IMG/VR virus record: IMGVR_UViG_3300027899_000001
Span: 310,001 to 374,000 of that record
Length of the DNA: 64,000 nucleotides
Direction: 5' to 3' (one strand)
The position numbers and the translations under genes were made by a program. Below are positions 45,901 through 52,618 of the stretch, in pieces. The notes under the pieces were generated by a model. It was not told where the DNA came from and searched no databases. It saw nothing but the letters and a program-made list of their open reading frames with translations. Numbering within the stretch: the stretch's first letter is position 1; each line of letters begins with the position of its first letter.

Positions 45901-45982
45901 TGGCCAAAAAGGGACTCGAACCCTTACGTCTTTCAACACATGCTTTTGAGGCATACGCGTCTACCAATTTCGCCATCTGGCC
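45901..45982 (-). tRNA. trnL-CAA: tRNA-Leu(CAA)
   Basis: Loop CT-CAA-AA, class II. Confidence 0.9.
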
Positions 45983-46281
45983 AGGCTAGCCTCCGCCGAT
46001 CTTTCATCAGTTTCTTTTGTTAAACCTTTTCTCCAATTTCTTTTTCCTACAAATCCGTCTATAGCTGGTTTTCCTTCTCTATGAATTAAACAGTGTAAAA
46101 AATGTGAATTTAAACTTTGATGATTATTGAATTCTTTTTCACATTCGCATCTATATAAATTTTCATTAATTTTATATTTTGATGGTTGTTTTTCTTTTTT
46201 AACATAGATTTTACAAAAAGTTTTATGCCCATTTATTCCTTGAGAACTTTCAAATTCTCTTCCACATTCACACTTATACAT
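45961..46281 (-). CDS. Truncated endonuclease-type Zn-finger protein; stop inside tRNA-Leu
   Basis: YKCECG..HxxxC repeats, WRKGLTKETDER; no nuclease domain. Confidence 0.55.
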   Translation of the reverse strand: MYKCECGREFESSQGINGHKTFCKIYVKKEKQPSKYKINENLYRCECEKEFNNHQSLNSHFLHCLIHREGKPAIDGFVGKRNWRKGLTKETDERSAEASLARWRNW

Positions 46282-46334
46282 TTTTAATTTATATATTCAT
46301 AAACAAATTTGGGAGAGTCAATGATTATTCTATG

Positions 46335-46422
46335 TGCTCTTGAAGGGGATCGAACCCTCAATCCTTTTTAAGGCATTAATTTTTGAGACTAACGTGTATT
46401 TCCTATTTTCCACCACAAGAGC
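46335..46422 (-). tRNA. trnL-CAA: tRNA-Leu(CAA), second copy
   Basis: TTAGT-CTCAAAA-ATTAA, class II. Confidence 0.8.
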
Positions 46423-46437
46423 AAAATTTATTTTTTG

Positions 46438-46511
46438 TACTGCGTGCGGAGCTCGAATCCGCGAATTCAGGATTGAAAGTCCTGTGTGTTAACCAACTTC
46501 ACCAACGCAGC
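46438..46511 (-). tRNA. trnE-TTC: tRNA-Glu(TTC)
   Basis: CAGGA-CTTTCAA-TCCTG. Confidence 0.9.
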
Positions 46512-46530
46512 ATATTTAATTTCAGAAATT

Positions 46531-46630
46531 CTGAGAATCGAGAATCACCGTGAAACTTTTGTCTATCACAAGGATGCCAACCCACCCTTCAACTGTTTTA
46601 ACGCCGAGTTGGGGTCGCTTTATCAGTTGC
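46531..46630 (-). ncRNA. Unidentified structured RNA with possible kissing loop
   Basis: CAACTG/CAGTTG, AAGGGTG-GGTTGG-CATCCTT, CCAACT partner, GTGA/TCAC. Confidence 0.4.
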
Positions 46631-46648
46631 ATTTAATAACTTAAAAAA

Positions 46649-46768
46649 ATCGTTACAAGGAATCAAACCCTGTTATTTCTTCGCTGAGTCCATACTATAG
46701 CTAGGATTATTCATTTACTTCATAGATTTCACTACCTCTTGGTTTTTAAGCGAATCGAGGATAACGAT
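46649..46768 (-). ncRNA. tmRNA-TLD-like 120-nt RNA
   Basis: ATCGTTA/TAACGAT stem, TTCGCT/AGCGAA helix, T-arm CAGGG-TTTGATT-CCTTG. Confidence 0.35.
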
Positions 46769-46788
46769 TTTTTATTTTTTCAAAGAAC

Positions 46789-47019
46789 TTATAATAATCT
46801 TTTATCTTTTTTATATTTTTTAAATTCTACGTCTGTATCTATTGTTGTATCTAATTTATCTTTGTATTCTTTCATTAACCATTTTGCAAATCCCAATTTT
46901 AATTTAGTAGTTTCAAGATCATCAATAGTAAATAACATATTATATTGTATTGAATAATCTGCTCTATCTATTAAACTATCCAATTGATCTGTTATAACTT
47001 TTGATACTGATCCTGTCAT
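46789..47019 (-). CDS. Hypothetical protein
   Basis: Similar to next ORF (AKWL / VKFL..IDxD). Confidence 0.55.
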   Translation of the reverse strand: MTGSVSKVITDQLDSLIDRADYSIQYNMLFTIDDLETTKLKLGFAKWLMKEYKDKLDTTIDTDVEFKKYKKDKRLL

Positions 47020-47028
47020 ATTATATTT

Positions 47029-47229
47029 TTATCTATTTAAAAATTTATTCCAAATTTCATCTGCATCAATTTCTTTATTTAAATTTCCTTTAAGCTCTAA
47101 AATAAGAAATTTTACGAAATTAATATCTTTATTCATAATAGCCACATCTTTTGTATTCATTGATAATACTTCTTGAACATCAGATAAATGACTCATTGCT
47201 ATTAAAGACGCTGTTGTTTTCATTATCAT
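47029..47229 (-). CDS. Hypothetical protein
   Basis: ORF track. Confidence 0.55.
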   Translation of the reverse strand: MIMKTTASLIAMSHLSDVQEVLSMNTKDVAIMNKDINFVKFLILELKGNLNKEIDADEIWNKFLNR

Positions 47230-47288
47230 TTTTTATTTTATAGTGTAAATATAATAAAAAGATTTGACAGAAAAAAATATTTAAGCAA

Positions 47289-47594
47289 CTATTTTTCAGT
47301 TTCTACAAAATTTTCATCTATAAAATTTGATAACTTTTTTGCTTCTGTTGGAGTTAATAAAATTTCATCTAAATGCATTTTACCTGTTTTCATATAGTGC
47401 CACATTACTTTCAATTTATCCCAAAATCTCGGTTTTTCTGAATAATTTCCATAACTAAACATTGCTAAAGTAAATTCTTGTCTTACTCTAGTTGTTTTAG
47501 ATATCGTATCGTCAAAGTATTCTGTTTCACTTTGTACTACTAATAAATGTGCTCCACATTCACATTCAATTATGGTTTTCTTTGTTTCTTCCAT
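47289..47594 (-). CDS. Hypothetical protein
   Basis: IECECGAH. Confidence 0.6.
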   Translation of the reverse strand: MEETKKTIIECECGAHLLVVQSETEYFDDTISKTTRVRQEFTLAMFSYGNYSEKPRFWDKLKVMWHYMKTGKMHLDEILLTPTEAKKLSNFIDENFVETEK

Positions 47595-47824
47595 TATTGT
47601 TCTATTTTATATAAATTATTATTAAATTCAAAATGATCTCCACAACAATTCTGAGATCCATCATCGTTTTCTAGTTCGCAAAATTGTTGTGTAGAACTTA
47701 TAAACTTATGAATACAATAATCACATTTAAATTCATGATTTTTAAAATCTACACAGTATTTTGAACATAAATGTTTATCATGTTCATATATGCAAGTCGT
47801 ACAGTTTTTAGCAATAGTAATCAT
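47594..47824 (-). CDS. Cys-rich small protein (start corrected to MITIAKNC)
   Basis: Track N-terminus runs through tRNA-Tyr. Confidence 0.5.
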   Translation of the reverse strand: MITIAKNCTTCIYEHDKHLCSKYCVDFKNHEFKCDYCIHKFISSTQQFCELENDDGSQNCCGDHFEFNNNLYKIEQ

Positions 47825-47839
47825 AATTTTAAATATTTG

Positions 47840-47920
47840 TGCCGCCGGAGGGACTCGAACCCCCAAGCCTTTCGGGTCTGATCTACAGTCAGGTGAGCCA
47901 ACCAATTGCTCAACGTCGGC
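47840..47920 (-). tRNA. trnY-GTA: tRNA-Tyr(GTA)
   Basis: Loop CT-GTA-GA, V-arm CC-GAAA-GG. Confidence 0.85.
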
Positions 47921-47960
47921 GTTTGGCTGTCTTTCCAGCCTGTCATTATCAATTCGTGAA

Positions 47961-48152
47961 TTATATTAATTTAACATTAATTGCATTCAATCCTTTTGGT
48001 CCTTCTTTTAAATCGAATTCGACTTTGTCGTTTTCGTTAATAGTATCTACACATCCTGTTACGTGTACAAAATACTCTTTAGAATCTCTGTTGTCTTTGA
48101 TAAATCCAAATCCTTTAACTGAGTTAAAAAATTTTACTGTTCCTTCATTCAT
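47961..48152 (-). CDS. csp: Cold-shock protein
   Basis: GTVKFFNSVKGFGFI, YFVHVT. Confidence 0.95.
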   Translation of the reverse strand: MNEGTVKFFNSVKGFGFIKDNRDSKEYFVHVTGCVDTINENDKVEFDLKEGPKGLNAINVKLI

Positions 48153-48200
48153 ATTATTAATTTATTTTAATTAGCATAGACACTATGTCTATGTTTACTT

Positions 48201-48566
48201 TTAACCATGTTCCATTTGTGAGTCATATTCAATTGCTTCAATAACTGAAACTGTTATATCTTTTATATCATCTATTTCTTTTATTTCCTTTTCCCAAAAG
48301 TGATTTGATATAAGTCTAGAATCTAATTCTTCATAGTTTACAATTTCTGTATATCCTGCTCCATAACCACTTCTTTTATTATATTCTGCTCTTTGGCTTA
48401 TCCAATCATTTAGGGCGTCAATAAACATATCTCTTTTCATTTTTATTAAACAAAATTTATCGTCAGAATAATATCCATAATTACCTGGTAGCCATACATA
48501 ATCTTCATCTGCTAAAACTATTGTTAAACCATCAAAATTAAATGTTACTAATTCTTTTTCTTTCAT
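48201..48566 (-). CDS. Hypothetical protein
   Basis: ORF track. Confidence 0.55.
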   Translation of the reverse strand: MKEKELVTFNFDGLTIVLADEDYVWLPGNYGYYSDDKFCLIKMKRDMFIDALNDWISQRAEYNKRSGYGAGYTEIVNYEELDSRLISNHFWEKEIKEIDDIKDITVSVIEAIEYDSQMEHG

Positions 48567-49366
48567 GATATTAATTTTTTAAATTCTTCTATTTGTTTAT
48601 ATAATTTTTCTTTATTAATTTCATTTATAGGGTTAACCCATTTTATTCTAATAACTTTCCACTCATGCTGTAATAAAAAATCATCTTTTATTTTATCTTT
48701 TTCTTTTCGTTCTTCATGTTGTTTTCCATCTATTTCTAAAGCTATTTTTTTATCTACAAATGCAAAATCAATCCACCATCTATTAACTTTATAGTCTCTA
48801 TGCCATCCAGTTATATTTTCATTTTCAAATAAAGATATAAAGTATTTTTCAGGATATGATGGCGCATTATCTTTTCTAGATTTCCATCCTATAAAAGTTC
48901 CGTTTGCAATTCTTTCGTGTGCTTTATCAGAAATCTTTTTCTTAGCAGATTCACTACAACCATGGTGTTTTCTTGCACATTCTCTAGAACAATATATTCG
49001 CCTTTTATATCTTGTTTTATATTCTTTTTTACATTCAGGACATATTTTTTGAATATATTCTAATGATAATATATCAGTTTCATGCTGTTTATACCTTAGA
49101 GTTTTTCCTATTTTTTCTTTAGTTTCTTTACTTAATATACGTTTTTTATTGTTGAAAGAATTTGAACAGCTTTTAGAACAAAAAGTACTATAGCGATGTT
49201 TATAATCAAAACCAACATTACAATTTTTACATTTTTTAGGAGCTTTATTATATTCAGCTATTCTTTTTTGTTTTAATAATGATAGTTTTTCTCTTCCTTT
49301 TTTAAATGCATTTCTTGCATTTTCTTGATGTTTTAATGAACCTTGATAATTTTTATCTTTAGACAT
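48563..49366 (-). CDS. Free-standing DUF559-like endonuclease
   Basis: Cys repeats; WWIDFAF..IALEIDGKQH. Confidence 0.8.
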   Translation of the reverse strand: MSKDKNYQGSLKHQENARNAFKKGREKLSLLKQKRIAEYNKAPKKCKNCNVGFDYKHRYSTFCSKSCSNSFNNKKRILSKETKEKIGKTLRYKQHETDILSLEYIQKICPECKKEYKTRYKRRIYCSRECARKHHGCSESAKKKISDKAHERIANGTFIGWKSRKDNAPSYPEKYFISLFENENITGWHRDYKVNRWWIDFAFVDKKIALEIDGKQHEERKEKDKIKDDFLLQHEWKVIRIKWVNPINEINKEKLYKQIEEFKKLIS

Positions 49367-49426
49367 ATTGTTTTTATATTATATATCTAAAAATTAGTCG
49401 AGTTTTAATTATTCGAACAAAAAATG

Positions 49427-49506
49427 TAGGGTGAACGGGATTCGAACCCGCGTAAAAACTCCTGATCCCAAATCAGGCGAGATAAACCTGGCTCCTCTAC
49501 CACCCT
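49427..49506 (-). tRNA. trnP-TGG: tRNA-Pro(TGG)
   Basis: CCTGA-TTTGGGA-TCAGG. Confidence 0.85.
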
Positions 49507-49514
49507 ATTTATTG

Positions 49515-49598
49515 TGCTCTCTGTCGGACTCGAACCGACATCCATTTAAGGACAGCTTCTTAGGCTGATGCGTCTTATTCCAGTTGCGCCAAGAGAGC
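49515..49598 (-). tRNA. trnL-AAG: tRNA-Leu(AAG)
   Basis: Loop CT-AAG-AA; body near-identical to Leu(TAG) at 49694. Confidence 0.85.
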
Positions 49599-49604
49599 AT
49601 TTTG

Positions 49605-49689
49605 TGCCTCTGAAGGGAGTCGAACCCTCATGGTCTTTCGACCCACGGATTTTAAGTCCGTTGCGTACTACCAATTTCGCCACAGAGGC
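49605..49689 (-). tRNA. trnL-TAA: tRNA-Leu(TAA)
   Basis: ACGGA-CTTAAAA-TCCGT. Confidence 0.9.
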
Positions 49690-49693
49690 ATTG

Positions 49694-49777
49694 TGCTCTC
49701 TGTCGGACTCGAACCGACATCCAACTAAGGCGTGCTCCTAAGGCACGTGCGTCTTAATCCAGTTGCGCCAAGAGAGC
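49694..49777 (-). tRNA. trnL-TAG: tRNA-Leu(TAG)
   Basis: CGTGC-CTTAGGA-GCACG. Confidence 0.9.
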
Positions 49778-49807
49778 AAAAATCAACATGTCAAAGACCT
49801 AAAATTG

Positions 49808-49880
49808 TGGAGCAAATTGTATCGAAACAATACCTTATGTTCTTCAGACATACGTGACACACCTATTACACCATTGCTCC
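49808..49880 (-). tRNA. trnF-GAA: tRNA-Phe(GAA)
   Basis: TATGT-CTGAAGA-ACATA. Confidence 0.8.
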
Positions 49881-49945
49881 ATTTATGGCTGGTGATTTGA
49901 ATCCCATTTAATCGTTCTACCTTAACGAACCATATTTTTTATTTG

Positions 49946-50026
49946 CTGCCCTGAGTGGATTCGAACCACTATCCCAAGTTTCAAAGACTCAGATAATTAA
50001 CTTTCGCACCTTTATACGACAGGGCA
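49946..50026 (-). tRNA. trnQ-TTG: tRNA-Gln(TTG) with small GC-GAAA-GT D-loop insertion
   Basis: Acceptor TGCCCTG/CAGGGCA, G73, loop CT-TTG-AA. Confidence 0.7.
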
Positions 50027-50030
50027 ATAA

Positions 50031-50100
50031 ACTGAGAAATTCGGTTAGAGCATTTTTTCTAATTTCCAGGTTTCGAAGTATCTCTTTACCTTACTACAGT
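50031..50100 (-). ncRNA. Short Y-like RNA
   Basis: ACTG-T-AG/CT-CAGT, GGTAAAGAG/CTCTAACC, TACTTCGAAACC. Confidence 0.7.
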
Positions 50101-50103
50101 TTG

Positions 50104-50178
50104 CTGTTCTACCTGGATTCGAACCAGGATGGACCTGGCTTCAGAGGCCAGCGCGATATCCAGTTACGCTATAGAACA
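50104..50178 (-). tRNA. trnQ-CTG: tRNA-Gln(CTG)
   Basis: CTGGC-CTCTGAA-GCCAG, G73. Confidence 0.9.
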
Positions 50179-50184
50179 ATTTAA

Positions 50185-50262
50185 GTTGAGAAATGTGGAG
50201 TGAGTGTCTTTTTTATTAGATTTGCATGTCTTTTACGAAGTAACTCATTTCCTTACTACAAC
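50185..50262 (-). ncRNA. Short Y-like RNA
   Basis: GTTG-T-AG/CT-CAAC, GGAAATGAGT/ACTCACTCC, TACTTCG. Confidence 0.7.
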
Positions 50263-50921
50263 TTTATATTAAATATTTTTTCATAATTTTGAATATCTGA
50301 TAAAAATATCATTTCAATATTATTATAATTACTCAAAATATATCTCATTTTCTTTTTATCTTCTTCTTCATATCTTCCTTTAACTTCAAAGAACTTTTTT
50401 AAATTTGGACACCAAAAATCTGGATAATATGTGTGAATTTCCCCGAATTCATTTGTCCAAGATAAACCATCAGAAAAAGGCTTTATCCAATCTTTATCTA
50501 TAATATTTAAAATAACTGCGAAACGTTTTTCATAGGTTCCTTGTACTTTTATCTTTGTTCCATCAGGTTTTATAATTTCATACCATTTACATTTTCCGCC
50601 AGTTATCCATCCTTTATTATTTATAGATATTTTTCTTTTTGTTTCTAAATCTCTTGGACCATTTTTTCTTCCTTTCAATTTAGAAGGTCTTCCTTTTTTA
50701 GTATCCCAAACTCTATTTTCAGAATGAATAGCCCAAATATGAAATTTTACGCCTCTAGGATTATCATATTCTTTTTCACATATTGGACATTTATGAAAAC
50801 CATTAGGTTGTTTATAAATATTAACTTTATTTTGTCTATTACCACATTTTTCATAATGTTTCTTAAAATTTGATAAACTTATTTCTTTATTACATTTATC
50901 ACAAATTCTTTTATTTACCAT
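50256..50921 (-). CDS. Free-standing PD-(D/E)xK endonuclease; TAG stop inside Y-like RNA
   Basis: Paralog of 25112..25804. Confidence 0.75.
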   Translation of the reverse strand: MVNKRICDKCNKEISLSNFKKHYEKCGNRQNKVNIYKQPNGFHKCPICEKEYDNPRGVKFHIWAIHSENRVWDTKKGRPSKLKGRKNGPRDLETKRKISINNKGWITGGKCKWYEIIKPDGTKIKVQGTYEKRFAVILNIIDKDWIKPFSDGLSWTNEFGEIHTYYPDFWCPNLKKFFEVKGRYEEEDKKKMRYILSNYNNIEMIFLSDIQNYEKIFNIKL

Positions 50922-50968
50922 ATTTTTATTTTATATATTCATATAGTAATTCTTTAATTTACTACTTA

Positions 50969-51020
50969 ATGTAACACTTGTTCATTACTACATTGCTGAG
51001 AAAGCCGAAAAGTGTGTAAT
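50969..51020 (-). ncRNA. Possibly permuted Ro-binding stem
   Basis: ACACTT-TTCG..CTCA-GCAA-TG-T-AG..TGAA-C-AAGTGT-TACAT. Confidence 0.45.
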
Positions 51021-51045
51021 TAGCTTTTAACTTTTCCCCCATTTG

Positions 51046-51128
51046 AGACCGAGAAGGGATTCGAACCCTTGTGAGCTTTCGCTAATGGTTTTGCAGACCA
51101 TCCTTTTCAACCACTCAAGCACTCAGTC
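51046..51128 (-). tRNA. trnC-GCA: tRNA-Cys(GCA) with long variable arm
   Basis: ATGGT-CTGCAAA-ACCAT, AGC-GAAA-GCT arm, U73. Confidence 0.85.
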
Positions 51129-51307
51129 AAATTTTATTCCAATATTTCAAATAACTTATAATGCAAATATAATACTAATTTCTGAATTAAAAAAATATTT
51201 TTGCATTTATTTTCTATTTTTTTTACTTATCTTAAAAATTGTATACAAATATAAACAATAATCTTGATATAAAAAAATAATTTAACACTTATTTTAAAGA
51301 ACTATAT

Positions 51308-51339
51308 AAACAAAGAACCCTCCGTATTTTGGAGGGTTC
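51308..51339 (-). terminator. Intrinsic terminator (attenuator of tRNA array 3)
   Basis: GAACCCTCC-AAAATAC-GGAGGGTTC-TTTGTTT. Confidence 0.85.
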
Positions 51340-51367
51340 AGAAAGGAGTATATAATAAATGATATTA

Positions 51368-51478
51368 TTACCTACGCTTAACTATTCCCTCCGTTTTAAC
51401 AAAATAACATAACGGTAGCTGCTCGCTAACTTGTGGGAGTTGTTGTGAAAAAGAAGAATATGTAGGTTTCAATATCAT
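51368..51478 (-). promoter_or_regulatory. Leader peptide MILKPTYSSFSQQLPQVSEQLPLCYFVKTEGIVKRR (attenuator 3)
   Basis: 36-codon ORF upstream of terminator; Q/L/P/E/C/Y/F run. Confidence 0.75.
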
Positions 51479-51570
51479 CACTTAATATTTCTTAATTTTA
51501 ATATATATCAATGTATATTTGTAAATTATATATACTGAATGCAAAAAGTTTTAAAAAAATGAAAAATAAT

Positions 51571-51792
51571 TTAATCATTAAAAATTTTAACCAAATATAA
51601 TGCTTCTTGTCTTTGTAAAAGTTCTTCATTTAATCTATCATGCAGATCTTCTATATTTACTAAACCATTCTTTTTGGCTGCTTTAACGTAATTATTTATT
51701 AGAACCTTACAATTAGTTATCTGATCTTCATTTTGACAAGAATTTATAATTCCTAATATTTTTTTAACTGGTACAGAATTTTTATTTTTCAT
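51571..51792 (-). CDS. Hypothetical protein
   Basis: ORF track. Confidence 0.55.
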   Translation of the reverse strand: MKNKNSVPVKKILGIINSCQNEDQITNCKVLINNYVKAAKKNGLVNIEDLHDRLNEELLQRQEALYLVKIFND

Positions 51793-51809
51793 GGCATTAT
51801 ATAATTTTT

Positions 51810-52208
51810 TTATTTCATTGTTATCTTATACGTGTGACTATCATCTAAAGAATACGGAGTTCCTCTTCTAGTATAAACACGAACTTCATAAATTCTATCA
51901 GACATATTTACACTACTAAAGTCTAATTTTATTTTAACTACTTCTATAGAAATATTTTTAGCCCATTTATATGTGTTAAAATTAAAAAAATCACCCGTTA
52001 TTATTTTTCCTAATAATTTTTGTTTAAATAATTTGCGTAATTGAGCACGTCTTTTTTTAATTATAGTACTAATGTCTTTTTGTACATTTGTATAATATAT
52101 TTCATTTTGATCTCTTAAAATAAAATTCTCTTTGTATCCTATACCCATATCTTTTACTGGATCGGAATCTTCAACAAATTTTTCATTTATATGTTCTTTA
52201 ACTATCAT
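51810..52208 (-). CDS. DPIxDMGIG-motif family protein
   Basis: EKFVEDSDPVKDMGIG; GKIITGDFF shared with 52913. Confidence 0.75.
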   Translation of the reverse strand: MIVKEHINEKFVEDSDPVKDMGIGYKENFILRDQNEIYYTNVQKDISTIIKKRRAQLRKLFKQKLLGKIITGDFFNFNTYKWAKNISIEVVKIKLDFSSVNMSDRIYEVRVYTRRGTPYSLDDSHTYKITMK

Positions 52209-52211
52209 AAT

Positions 52212-52618
52212 TTAAATCATTCTTAATGTATACATATTTTTGTAGTCTTCTAAAACAAAAGAATTTCCATCTTCATCATATACGCGAACTTCAGAAAGAG
52301 TATCACACCCATATCCATCATGAAAACTTACTCTTATTCTAACTACATTTACAGTTTTATTTTTTAGTGGTCTATAATAATCTCCTTTTTTAACTAAAAA
52401 AGTTCCTGTCATTTCTTTACCAACTAGTTTTTCTTTTAATTCTTTACGTAAAGTTTTTCTATATTTTTCTACTATCTTTTGAAATTGTTGATATGTGTAT
52501 GAACCATATTCTTTTTTTGTTTAGAAAAATCATATTCTTCCTTATGACCTATACCCATTTGACGAATAGGATCACCTTCTTCTTTAAACTTTTCAAATAT
52601 ATGTTCTTTAACTATCAT
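52212..52618 (-). pseudogene. DPIxDMGIG-motif protein split by a -1 frameshift at A-AAA-AAG (~52512-52518)
   Basis: MIVKEHIFEKFKEEGDPIRQMGIG...SKQKK then -1 frame EYGSYTY...LVGKEMTGTFL matching flanking paralogs. Confidence 0.65.

Noticed and set aside
46531-46630. Pistol, twister or HDV ribozyme call
   Set aside because: Required P1/P2 helices could not be formed; kept only as an unknown structure.
25970-50262. CRISPR array interpretation of the TTCGAAGTA..TTACTACAG repeats
   Set aside because: Copies are dispersed, degenerate and pair end to end as RNA stems; no regular repeat-spacer period and no cas genes.
11606-51261. Track ORFs overlapping tRNAs (11606, 23081, 23262, 23842, 23927, 43826, 47839, 51043)
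   Set aside because: Open frames arise from GC-rich tRNA sequence.
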